Assembly (NCBI GenBank): GCA_030390025.1
Contig: CM059431.1
Location: forward strand, 158,164,001-158,228,000
Source of the DNA: Squalus acanthias
Lineage: Eukaryota
Length of the DNA stretch: 64,000 nt
Reading direction: 5' to 3'
Within the stretch, counting starts at the first letter, position 1, and every line of letters starts with the position of its first letter. The notes beneath the pieces are model-generated. The model saw nothing but the letters and a program-made list of their open reading frames with translations. It was not told where the DNA came from and searched no databases. Of the stretch, positions 26,549-38,736 are shown piece after piece. Made by a program: the position numbers and the translations under genes.

Positions 26549-29216
26549 CGGAGATAGAGAGGGGGATAAAAAAGGAGGGGTGGGGGGTCGCAATATTGAT
26601 TAAATAATCAATTACCGCTGTGAGGAAGGAGGATATCTTAGAAGGATCATCAAATGAGGCCATATGGGTTGAAGTGAAAATCAAAAAAGTGGCAATCACA
26701 CTGCTGGGAGTGTACTATAGACCTCCGAACAGTCAGAGGGAGATAGAAGAGAAATATGTAGGCACATTTCTAAGACATAAAACGATAGGACAGTAATAGT
26801 ATTCGAATTCAACTTCCCCAATTTTAACTGGGATAAAATTAAAGTGAAAGGCATCGAGGGTGCAGAATTTTTAAATGCATTCAGGAAAACATTTTTAGCC
26901 GGTATTTAGCAAGTCCAACAAGAGAGGGGCGGTTCTGGACCGACGTTTAGGGAATGAAGCTGGACAGGTGGAAAAGGTATCAGTGGGAGAGCATATTGGT
27001 GGTAGTGATCATAATTCAGTTCAATGTAGGGTAGTTATGGAAAAGGACAAGGATGGACCAGGAATAAAAGTTCTCAATAGGGGAAAAGCTAATTTTACTA
27101 CGCTGAGAGGTGATTTAACCAAAGCGGACTCGAGACAGAAAATTGAAGGTAAATCAATGTCAGAGCAGTGGGAGGCATTCAAGGAGGAGATAGTGAGGGT
27201 TCAGAACAAGCATGTTCCCTTAAAGAAAAATGGTGAGACTAACAAATCTGGAGATCCGTGCATGTCAAGGGGCATACAGGGTAGGATAAAGAGAAAAAGG
27301 GAAGGTTATGACAGATACCGAGTACTCAATACTGCAGAAAGCCGAGAGGAGAATAGAAAATTCAGGGGTGAAATCAAAAAGGAAATTAGGAAAGCAAAGA
27401 GAGGTCATGAAAAAATATTGGCAAGTAAAATCAAGTAAAACCCAAAGATGTTTTATAAATACATTAGGATCAAAAGGATAACTAAAGTAAGAGTAGGGCC
27501 TATTAGGGACCATAAAGGTAAACTGTTTGTGGAAGCGGAAGACATGGTTATGGTTCCTAATGAATACTTGGCGTCTGTTTTAACAAAAGAGAGGGACGAT
27601 GCAAACATTGCAATCAGGGAGGAGGAGTGTGAAATATTAGATGAAATAAACATAGTGAAAGAGGAAGTATTAAGTGGTTTAGCATCTTTGAAAGTGGATA
27701 AATCCCCGGGCCCGGATTAAATGTATCCCAGAATATTAAGAAAAGTGCAGAAGAAATAGCAGAGGCTCTGACCATCATTTTCCAATCATCTCTGGCTACA
27801 CGTGTGGTGCCGGAGGACTGGAGGATTTGGAAGTGGTACCTTTGTTTAAAAAGGGAGAAAGGGATAGAGCGAGTATTTACAGGCCAGTCAGCCTAACCTC
27901 AGTAGTGGGAAAATGATTGGAAAAAATTCGGAGGGACACGATAAATCTTCATTTAGAAAGACACAGATAAATCAGGGATAGTCATCATGGATTTGTTAAG
28001 GGAAGGTCGTGTCTGACTAACTTGATTTAATTTTTTGTGGAGGTAACAAGAGGGGTCGACGAGGGTACTGCGTTTGATGTAGTCTACATGGATTTTAGAA
28101 AGGGTTTTGATAACGTCCCGCACAAAAGTACCAAGCTGGATCCAAAATTGGCGCAGAGGCAGGAAACAAAGGGTAATGGTCGAAGGGTGTGTTTATGACT
28201 GGAAAGCTGTTTCCAAAGGATTCCGCAGTGCTCAGTACCGGGCCCTTTGATTTTCGTGGTATACATCAATGATTTGGACTTGAATGTAGGAAGTATGATT
28301 AAGAAGTTTGCAGATGATACAAAAATTGGCTTGATAATGAAGAAAAAAGTTGCAGACTGCAGGAAAATATCAATGGACTGGTCTGGTGGTAAGAACAGTG
28401 GCGAATGGAATACAATCTGGAGAAGTGTCAGGTAATGCATTTGGGGAGGGCTAACAAGGCAAGGGAATGTGTTATAAATAGTAGGACACTGAGAAGTGCA
28501 TAAGATCAGATGGACATTGGAGTGCATGTTCACAGGTCCCTGAAGGACAGGATGTTAAGGTGGATAAGAAGGCATACGGGATACTTGCCTATATTAGCCG
28601 AGGCATAGAATATTAGAACAGGGAGGTTGTGCTTGAACTGTATAAAACACTAGTTAGGCCGCAGCTAGAATACTGCGTGCAATTCTGGTCACAACATTAC
28701 AGGAAGAATGTGATTGCAGTAGCGGGGGTGCAGAGGAGATTTATGTGGATGTTGCCTCGGCTGTGGAATTTTAACTATGAGGAAAGATTGGATAGACTGG
28801 GGTTGTTCTCTTTGGAACAGGGGCGGCTGAGGGGAGACCTAATTGAGGTGTATAAAGTTATGAGGGGCCGAGATAGAGTGGATAGGAAGGATTTATTTCC
28901 CTTAGCAGAAGGTTCAATATCCAGGGAGCACATATTTGAAATAATTGGCGGAAGATTTAGAGGGGATTTGAGGGGAAATTTCTTCACCCAGAGGGTGGTG
29001 GGGGTCTGGAACTCACTGCTTGAAAGAATGGTAGAGGCAGAAACCCTCACCACATTTAAAAAGTACTTGGACATGCATTTGCAGTGCCGTAACCTACAGG
29101 GCTACGGAGCAAATCTGGAAAGTGGGATTAGGGTGGATTGCTCTTTGTCGGCCGGCACGGACAAGATGGGCCGAATGGCCTCCTTCTGTGTTGTAAATTT
29201 CTATGATTCCATGATT
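26549..29216 (+). mobile_element. 5'-truncated decayed CR1 (APE endonuclease + RT)
   Basis: YYRPP, SDHN, KSPGPD, FADD and RT C-terminus; ctatgatt tail; interrupts the duplicated intron. Confidence 0.92.
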
Positions 29217-29870
29217 TTATGAAAAGCTATTTTTTCTTTAAGAAACCCATCACTTTTATCATCCGGATGAAAGAGTTATAAAGTAAAATTCGCACACATC
29301 TGATGACACAATTCTGAACAGAGGTGATCAGGAATCGATGCACAACAAACAGGACAATTGAAGCGAGATCAATAAATGTAAATGCCTTAGACACAGGCAA
29401 GCTGGGAGCACAGGTACATTTCGCTTTTAATTCTTCGGTGTAATTATCGTTTTAAATCAATACATGGCCCCAAATTCCGGAGCCGAGAAACGTGAAAACG
29501 GCAGCAAGTCAGAGAGTAGCGGGCGAACCAAATTAGATTGAAGATTGAAGTGACGATGGAGATAGTGATTAGCAGCGAGGAAGCAGATACAATCCGAGAG
29601 TTCTGATTGGAGCCGAAGCTGCAAATTCAGGGTAAAAGTTGGGGTTAGAGGTGAGGAGGCAGTTGCAGTATAAGTGTTGGGATTGGAGGGGCGGGACGTG
29701 GCCAAGGGATTATTTAGTTACTCGACCCGAAGGGTGTATCGTAATTCTAGCAAAATAAAGAATATAAATATGATTAAAGCAATGTCCAATGCTATTCTAG
29801 ATAACAAAACAATGAACATTAAGGCTGTCTCGTCTGTAAAGCAGATCTTCCTGAATATCTTCAATGATGT

Positions 29871-32800
29871 GTCCGGAGCGAAAAGAGCCACGGTACAGTG
29901 AGTATTTAAACTCACTTTTGCGTGCTTTTTTCAGAGGCTTACCAATCTCGCAGACCGGCGGCCGTGTTCCAGAACCACTTCACGATTCAAAAAGTGACGC
30001 GGGCAAAAGGAAGCAGCTGATTGGCTGAGTACGGCCAGGTGAGTATTTATACAACTCTATAGTTTGACAGTTAAGGTTAATAATGTATAAAGTTTTGAAG
30101 ATCTTAATTTGGTGGTTATAGTTTTGAAGGTCTCAGTGTAGTGTAATTTGTGGTATTGATTTGCTTTAATTTAATTTAAATTAATTAAAGAATAAGTAAT
30201 GGCAGCACAGGTCGTCCCCGTGGCATGCTCCTCCTGCATTATGTTGGAAATCAGGGACACTTCCTGTGTCCCTGACGACCATGTGTGCGGGAAGTGTATG
30301 GAGCTGCAGCGACTGGCAGACCGCATTGCAGCGCTGGAGTTGCGAATCGATACATACTGGAGCATTCGCGATGCTGAGGACGTCGGGGATATCATGTTTA
30401 ATGAGTTGGGCACACCCCAGGTAAAGGCTGCACAGGCAGGAAGAGAATGGGTGACCGCCAGGCAGAGTAGTAGGCGCAGGCAGTTAGTGCAGTTGTCCCC
30501 GGTGGCCATCCCCCTCTTAAACAGATATGCCACTTTGGATATTGTTGAGAGGATGGCTTAACGGGGGAAGGCAGCAGCAACCAACATCCTGGCACCATGG
30601 GTGGATCTGCTGCACAGGACAGGAGGAAAAAGAGCGGGAGATCTATAGTGATAGGGGATTCTATTGTAAGGAGAAGAGATAGACGTTTCTGCGGCCACAA
30701 ACGAGACTCAAGAATGGTATGTTGCCTCACTGTTGCAAGGGTCAAGGATGTCTCAGAGCGGCTGCAGGGCATTCTGGAGTGGGTGGTTGAACATCCAGTT
30801 GTCGTGGTGCATATAGGTACCAAGGATATAGGTAAAAAGCAGGATGCGGTCCAAAAAGTTGAATATAGGGAGTTAGGAGGTAAATTAAAAAATATGACCT
30901 CAAAGGTAGTAATCTCAGGATTGCTACCAGTTCCACGTACTCGTCAGAGTAGAAATAGAAGGATATTTCAGATGAATACGTGGCTAGAAGAATGTTGCAA
31001 TGGGGAGGGATTCAAATTCCTTGGACATTGAAACCGGTTCTGGGGAAGGTGGGACCAGTACAAAGTGGACGGTTTGAACGTGGGCAGGACCGGGACCGAT
31101 GTGCGCGTGGGAGTGTTTGCTAGTGCTGTTGGGGAGGGTATAAACTAAAATGGCAGGGGGTTGGGAACCTGTGCCTGGAGAGAGAGGAAGGGGTAGCAAG
31201 GATAGAAGCAAAAGACAGGAAGGAGAAAAGAAAAAGTGGAAGTCAGAGAAATCAAGGGTTTAAATCAAACGTGAACACAATAAATAATAATTCTAAAAGC
31301 TCTAAGAGTGTTAAAAAACAAGCCTGAAGGCTTTGTGTCTTAATGCGAGGAGCATTCGTAATAAGTTGGATGACATAGCTGTGCAAATAGATGTAAACGT
31401 ATATGATATAATTGGGATTACAGAGACATGGCTCCAGGGTGACCAAGGCTGGGAATTGAACATCCAGGGTTATTCAATATTCAGGAAAGACAGGCAAAAA
31501 GGAAAAGGAGGTGGAGTAGCATTGCTGGTTAAAGAGGAGATTAACACAATATTAAGGAAGGATATTAGCTCAGCTCTGATGATGTGGAATCTGTATGGGT
31601 AGAGCTGAGAAATACCAAGGGGCAGAAAACGTTAGTGGGAGTTGTATGCAGACTCCCAAACAGTAATGCTGTGGTTGGGGATGGCATTAAACGGAAAATT
31701 AGAGATGCGTACAATAAGGGGACAGCAGTTATCATGTGTGACTTTAATCTACATATAGATTGGGCTAACCAAATTAGTAACAATACCGTGGAGGAGGAAT
31801 TCCTAGAGAATATATGGGATGGTGTCCTGGACCAATATGTCGAGGAACAAACTAGAGATCAGGCCATCTTCGACTGGGTATTATGTAATGAGAAAGGATT
31901 AATTAGCAATCTTGTTGTGCGAGGCCCCTTGCGGAGGAGCGATCATAATATGATAAAATTCTTCATTAAGATGGAGAGTGAAGTAGTAGTTGACACAGAG
32001 ACGTGGGTACTGAATTTGAATGAAGGAAACTACGATGGTATGAGGCGCGAGTTGGCTAGGATGGATTGGGGAATGTTACTTAAATGGTTGACGTTGGATA
32101 GGCAATGGCAAACATTTAAAGATCGCAAGGATGAACTACAGAATTTGTTCATCCCTGCTCGGCATAAAAATAAAACAAAAAAGGTGACTCAACCGTGGCT
32201 AACAAGGGAAATTAGGGAAAGCATAAGCTCACAGGAGAGGACATATAAATTGGCCATAAAACGCAGCAAACCTGACGATTGGGAGCAGTTTAGGATTCAG
32301 CAAAGGAGGACAAAGGGATTAAATAAGAGGGGGAAAATGGAGTATGAAAGTAAGCTTGCGGAGAACATAAAAATTGACTGTAAAAGCTTCCATAGATATG
32401 TGAAGAGAAAACGATTGGTGAAGTCAAGCGTAGGTCTCTTGCAGTCAGAATCAGGGGAAATTATAATGGGGAACAAAGAAATGGCAGACCTATTAAATAC
32501 ATACTTTGGTTCTGTCTTTACAAAGGAGGACAGAAATAAACTCCCAGCGATGTCGGTGAACATAGTATTTGATGAGTGGGAGGAACTGAATGAAATCAGT
32601 ATTTGTAGGGAAATGGTGTTTGGGAAATTGACGGGACTGAAGGGCGATAAATCCCCAGGACCTGATAATTTACATCCTAGGGTAATTATAGAAGTGGCCC
32701 TTGAAATAGAAATGCATTGCTGTTCATGTTCCAAAATTCCATAGACTCTGGAACAGTTCCCATGGATTGGAGGTTAGCTAATGTAACCCCACTATTTAAA

Positions 32801-34213
32801 AAAAGGTGGTAGAGAGAAAACGGGGATTATAGACCGGGAAGCCTGGCATCGGTAATGGGGAAAATGCTAGAGTCCATTATAACAGCAAAATTATAAAAAC
32901 AGTGACAGAATCGGACAAAGTCAACATGGATTTACAAAAGGTAAATCATGTTTGACTAATCTACTGGAATTTTTTGAAGATGTAACTGATGGAATAGATA
33001 AGGGAGAAACAGTGGATGTGGTGTATTTGGACTTTCAGAAGGTTTTTGATAAGGTCCCACATAAGAGATTAGCGTGCAAAGTTAAATCACATGGGATTTG
33101 GGTGTAAGGTACTGTCTTGGATAGATAACTGGTTGGCAGACAGGAAGCAAAGAGTTAGAATGAACGGGTATTTTTCCGAGTGGCAGGCAGTGACTAGTGG
33201 TGTACCGCAGGGATTGGTGCTAGGACCCCAGTTATTCACAATATATATTAATGATCTAGACGAGGGAACTAGATGTAATATTTCCAAGTTTGCAGACGAC
33301 ACAAAGCTGGGTGGGCGTGTGTCCTGTGAGGAGAATGCAGAGAAACTCCAGCATGATTTGGACAGTTTGGCTGATTGGGCAGATGCATGGCAGATTCATT
33401 ATAACGTGGATAAATGCGAGGTTATTAACTTTGTTGGGAAAAACAGGAAGGCAGATTATTATCTGAACGGATTGGGAAAAGAGGAAGTGCAACGAGACCT
33501 AGGTGTCCTTGTGCACCAGTCCCTGAAGGTAAGCGTGCAGTTGCAGCAGGCTGTTAAGAAGGCAAATGGTATATTGGCCTTCATAGCGAGAGGATTCGAG
33601 TACAGGAGCAAGGATGTCTTGCTGCAGTTGTACAGGGCATTGGTGAGACCACAACTTGAGTATTGTGTACAGTTTTTCTCGCCTTATCTGAGGAAGGATG
33701 TTCTTGCCGTGGAGGGAGTGCAGTGACGATTCACCAGACTGATAATTGGGATGGCAGGAATGACGTATGAAGAGAGGGTCGAATGGGCTTATATTCGCTA
33801 GAGTTTAGAAGAATGAGAGGGGATCTCATTGAAACTTATACAATTCTAACAGGACTAGACAGACTAGATGAAGGATGGCTGTTCCCGATGGCGGGGGAGT
33901 CCAGAACCAGGGGTCATAGTCTAAGGATAAGGGGTAAGCCATTTTGGACTGAGATGAGGAGGAATTTCTTCACCAGCGAGTGGTAAACCTGTAGAATTCT
34001 CTAGCACAGAAGGCAGTTGAGGCCGATTCATTAAATATATTCAAGAAGGAGATAGATATATTTCTTAAGGCTAATGGGATCAAGGGATATGGGGAGAAAG
34101 CAGGGACAGGGTACTGATTTTGAATAATCAGCCATGATCGCGTTGAATGGCGGAGCAGGTTCGAGAGGCTGAATGGCCTACTCCTGCTCCTGTCTTCTAT
34201 GTTTCTATGTTTC
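29871..34213 (+). mobile_element. Full-length decayed CR1 (5' UTR, ORF1 zinc-finger/SGNH esterase, ORF2 APE-RT)
   Basis: ORF1 pieces from 30199 (CxxC..CxxC, GDS, IGT); ORF2 pieces about 31320-34117; (TATGTTTC)n tail. Confidence 0.93.
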
Positions 34214-34596
34214 GATGATATTTCGGAGCTTCTCTTACAGCAGATATTCCCGAATATCGAAGTTTTGGTGACGGACACGAATTTCGACCAAATACCTCTT
34301 TCAGATTAGTGCTGTTTTCGAATCACGGAGTTGCCTCCGCATTAGGTTCGCGGGGCAGATAGGACAAAATTAATTCCTATGAGACAACCAAGCGAAAATA
34401 GAGAAGGAAGTGAAAATCGCATCAATCATCCTTTTCACTTATGTGAAATGTCGCAGAGTGAGCGCTGGCCCGTGTAACCATTATGCAGTGAAAGTCACCT
34501 ACTTCAGGAAAGAAAGGGTGATAAAGCATAAAAACCTGCTTATATTTAAACAATAGCAGTCTAGTCAATGCTACCGTAGGTTAATGTCAGACATAC

Positions 34597-34766
34597 CTCA
34601 TATTCTAGCCGAGTGAAAGCATTTTTATGAAGCCAATTTGGATTGATACCGTCCACAGATTCTTCCATAGGTTCAAGTATTGTACCCGGATACAATTCCG
34701 TATCTTTGGATTGCTGAGTATCATTGACTGTTGACACAGTTAGTTCAACTCCAGTAATATCATCCA
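34597..34766 (-). CDS. CARD/NLR-like gene exon A3: degenerate first half of a CARD-like domain
   Basis: Acceptor ttttatag|TG, donor GAG|gtatgt; 170 bp, phase 1 to 0. Encodes DDITGVELTVSTVNDTQQSKDTELYPGTILEPMEESVDGINPNWLHKNAFTRLEYE; paralog of 24805-24974 and 22373-22542. Confidence 0.65.
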
Positions 34767-36397
34767 CTATAAAATATAAGTGGATCAAAAGATATCGTAG
34801 CAGTTACAATAAACGGTGATATTTGGAAAATTTACTCAGAAATCTCTTGCACTGCATCAAAATAATTAATGAAAGGAAGAGAGAAAGTCAAATAATTAAT
34901 AATCATTATGTATATATCTATCTCTCTGTCTGCCTGTTTGCCTGTCTCGTTCTCTGTCTTTCTCTCTATCAATCTATAACTTATCTATATATCTATCTGT
35001 CTACCTTATTTATGGATCGGCTAAACTGTAGTCTGGTGTGATGAGAGATGCAGCAGGTTACTGTATAGATTCGATGCATCATCATAAGAACAATGCAGGG
35101 AGAAGGCTTAAAGAACAATCAGTGAATTTATCGACACTGGCCTAGCAATTGTTTAGTGCCGGCTGGAGAGAACTGGGGATGGGGGAGAGCGTGCAATTGT
35201 AACGTTTTCAGATGATTTAAAACCTGGTAAAGGAAAATGGCATCCCCTTTTAAATATTATATTCGCTGTAATTTTTGATTGGATAACGCACATTTTACAC
35301 ATTAAGGCTAAATTAGCGGTAGTAAAGATTATTTCTGGGTAAAGGGTAGGCCTGAGACCCAGCCTATTTGGGTCTCGGGCCTAGTTTACATCAGACCGGC
35401 GAAGTGCAGACACCTGCGAAGCCTCCCCAGGCAGCTTGGACTGTGACGATGATTTGAATGTCGGCGGTCTCTGCACGGGCAACTGGGAAAGATGAAAGTG
35501 AAAGGGAAGGAAGGGCTACCGGGTGAGGCAGAGATATCAGTGGCCGACACTGGAATGGAAGGGGGACCGGTGGAAGAGCGAGGGAGCCAACGATAGGGAG
35601 AGTGAGGGAGGCAAGCGGGAATAGCGGCTGGCAATGTCCCGTGGTTTTAAACTGGACCCTGGGAGGATAACTCCAGAACTAGTTACCGGAGAGAGATGAA
35701 AGTGATCGGGAAGGAGGGGTTACCGGGTGATGGGGCAGCGAAGTTTTGAAAGAGAGAGGGAAAGGGTCGGGTGAAGAGTGTGGGAGGAAACGTAAATGAG
35801 GGTGAGTAAGGCAATAGTGAGTAGCAGCGGACAATATTTCGTTGTTTTAATATGGAGGAAAGGAGGAGAATTCCTATACATATTGGCAGCGAAATTCGGC
35901 TCCTTTGCGCCTGCTTTAGCGTCTCCTGGGCGCGCTTACAGGGCGCAAAGCGCTTATCCCCAGGGGAGGAGCGGCCTCGTATCACTCCGGCGTTACCGGT
36001 CCTTGGGCACCCAACACCGCCCCGAGAGGAAGTTGAGCGCACGAGTTAGCGCTCTAGTTCCTACTCTGGGGCAGCAAGACAAATTTACCGGCCGGGGCGG
36101 AACTTCTGCGCCGGAAGCTAAATCTGCGGCACTAATTCGGTAACTATGTCCAAACGCTCTACATTTATGCAAACATTTGTTTAAAACTTATATTATGGTG
36201 GCGGTATGCAGATATCCCTTTAAGGACATCCGGTTTGAGGTCTTTTATTTGTCAGTATATTGCTGTGAGATTTAGTCCCAGTAGGAACTATTTGTTCCAT
36301 TTCTGTGTTGAGACGTTTAACCATGTCACGAGATGTCACTGTTCCCCTGTCATATCCTGCACATATATTCTGACTGTAGTCCTTTTCTTTAAGACTC

Positions 36398-36533
36398 TTG
36401 TTCTCTCTGGAAACACTGATCAACACAGATACTTCCAGTGACATCAGCCCCACACACAGAATGAATGAAGATCCACAGCCGGTGCTGCAAGAAAAAAGAG
36501 TCTGTGAATATGACAGAAGTGCACACACATCCG
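36398..36533 (+). pseudogene. Inverted, 5'-truncated third copy of spacer exon C
   Basis: Plus-strand translation ETLINTDTSSDISPTHRMNEDPQPVLQEKRVCEYDRSAHTS, donor CCG|gtgaga, followed by about 110 bp homologous to the intron behind C1/C2. Confidence 0.8.
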
Positions 36534-36642
36534 GTGAGATCACTCCCTGTGTTGAACTGATAAAGCCGCCTTTATTGAAATTCAATCCAGTGATCCTCAC
36601 TCTGTGTTTTCAGTCTCTGCTCATTCTGTTGTTGATTCTGAC

Positions 36643-37845
36643 TCATCAAAATACTGCGGATGCTGGAAATCTGAAATAACAACAGAAAGTGCTGGAGACA
36701 CTTAGCAGATCAGACAGCATCGAGGAGAGAGAAACAGAGTCAACGTTTCGGGTCCAACCCTTCGTCAGAATTGGAAAAGGTTAGGGAAGTGATATTTTTA
36801 ATCAGGGGCAGGGAGGAAGTGAGGAAAGAACAAAGGAAAAGTCTGTGATAGGATAGATGGCAGGAGAGATTGATTGACAAAAGGGATGATAGTGCAAGTC
36901 AAAAGGAGAGGTAATTGAATAAATGAAGAAACAAAAGATGGCTCCAGATGATGTGTGAATGATGATGGCAGCAACAGTAACAGCTACCATGTGAGGAAAC
37001 AACAGAAACATATATATATGAAGAAATACAGGGACCAATTTATAGTCTGAAATTGTTGAACTCGATGTTAAGTCCAGAAGGTTGTAAACTACCGAATAGA
37101 AAGATGAGATGCTGTTTCGCGAGCTTATGTTGAGCTTCGGTGGAATAAAGTAAGAGGCCGAGGATTGAGAGATCAGAGTGAGAGTGGTGGGGAGAATTAA
37201 AGTGACAGGCGACCGGAAGCTCGGTGTCACCCTTACGGACTGAACGGAGGTGTTCTGCAAAGCAGTCACCGAATCTGTTTTTGGTCTCCTGAATGTAGAG
37301 GAGACCGCATTGTGAACAGCGATTACGGTATACTAAATTGTAAGAAGTACAAGTAAATCGCTCTTTCACCTGGAAGGAGCGTTTGGGGCCCTGGACATTA
37401 GGAAGGGAGGAGGTTAAAGGGCAGTTGTTGCATCTCCTGCACTTGCATGGGAAGGTGCCGAGCGAATGGGAAGTGGTGTTGGGGGTGATAGAGGAGTGTA
37501 CCAGGGTGTCGTGGAGGGAGCAGTCTCTTCGGAATGCTGAAAGGGGGGTGGAGGGAAGATGTGCTTGATGGTGGAATCACGCTTGAGTTGGCAGAAATGG
37601 CGGAGGATGATCCGGTGAACGGTGGGGAGAAATGTGAGGACAAGGGGAACCCTATCGTGTTTCTGGGAGGGAGGGGAAGGGGTCAGAGCAGAAGCGCGGG
37701 AAATGGAACGGACACGATCGAGGGCCATGTCAACCACGGGAGAGGAGAATCCTCGGCTGAGGAGAAAGGAAGACATACTGGAAGCAATGGTATTGAAGGT
37801 GACATCGTCAGAACAGATGCGGCGGAGACAGAGTAACTGGGAGAG
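36643..37845 (-). mobile_element. Penelope-like element fragment (RT C-terminus, GIY-YIG endonuclease, terminal repeat)
   Basis: FTCTSYNLVY..CSQCGLLYIQET..R...FAEH..PVACHFN; SQLLCLRRICS..FLLSRGF. Confidence 0.88.
36742..36768 (-). ncRNA. Minimal type I hammerhead ribozyme core in the Penelope terminal repeat
   Basis: Minus strand CTGACGA-a-GGGT-tgg-ACCC-GAAA-CGTT. Confidence 0.65.
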
Positions 37846-37999
37846 TTTATCTAACACTCGCTCATGTTTTCTTCAAATCAATTTAAATAATAGACATACA
37901 CCTTGCCCTGTCCACTACTTTTCAAAAATTTCATCCAGGTTCGTCAGGAATGACCGGTCCTTTACAAATTTAAGCTGGTTCTGAAAATGCCCCCTTCAA

Positions 38000-38525
38000 G
38001 TCTTTATCCAATTCTCTTTACAAAATTACTATTGAATCTGCTTCCACCACCCTTTCAGACAGTGCATTCAAGATCATAATAAGTCCGCTGGTTCTTTTTT
38101 CATTTGTCTTAAATCTGTATCCTCTGGTAACCCATCTTCTACCACTGGAAGCATTATTTTACCTCTGTTCATGAAGCCCAGGATCCCGTAATTCTTTTTC
38201 AAACGCTTTCTCAGACTGCTCTGCCACCGTCAATGATTGGTGGACACATCCCGCCAGGTCTCTCTGTTCATGCACCCCCTTTAGGATTCTACCCTTTAGT
38301 GTATATGTCCTCTCCTCATTCTTTCCACCATAATGCATCACTTCACATTTTTCAGCATTAAATTTCATCTGCCACGTATCTGCCCATTTCACCAGCCTGT
38401 ATCTGTCCTCTTGAAGTCTATCAGTCTCCTCACTGTTCATTATACTTCCAAATTTTATGTCACCTGCAAACGTTGAATTTGTGACTTGTACATTCTGTTC
38501 CATATCATTAATATTGATCAAGAAA
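38000..38525 (-). mobile_element. Decayed CR1 RT fragment
   Basis: WADTWQMKFNAEKCEVMH. Confidence 0.8.
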
Positions 38526-38736
38526 AGTCATCAAATTATCTATGTCCTGTGATAGTTTCCAAGTTACAAGGCTCCCTGAACAATGTTTTAAATTGTCCTG
38601 TCTATGATGTTTGGGGATTACTTCTATATTAATGTGTTAATGCAGTTGACGACGGTATGAGTTCACTCTGCGAACATAAAAAAATATATTTCCAATACAA
38701 TGAAATTATGGTAGCTTTTCGCTCACTCCCTTTTCA

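Larger units (their letters stand above)
16420..36240 (-). repeat. Three tandem copies of a ~2.4-2.8 kb exon-A/intron/exon-C unit, expanded by TE insertions
   Basis: Intron homology among 16420-17655+22311-22372, 23513-24804 and 26303-26548+29217-29870+34214-34596; also among 22543-23364, 24975-26154 and 34767-36240. Confidence 0.85.

Noticed and set aside
36220..36600. 126-aa minus-strand ORF as the missing upstream exon
   Set aside because: Half is the antisense of inverted exon C, and I found no convincing phase-1 donor to join A3; the AGYDRG resemblance to exon C is too short to trust.
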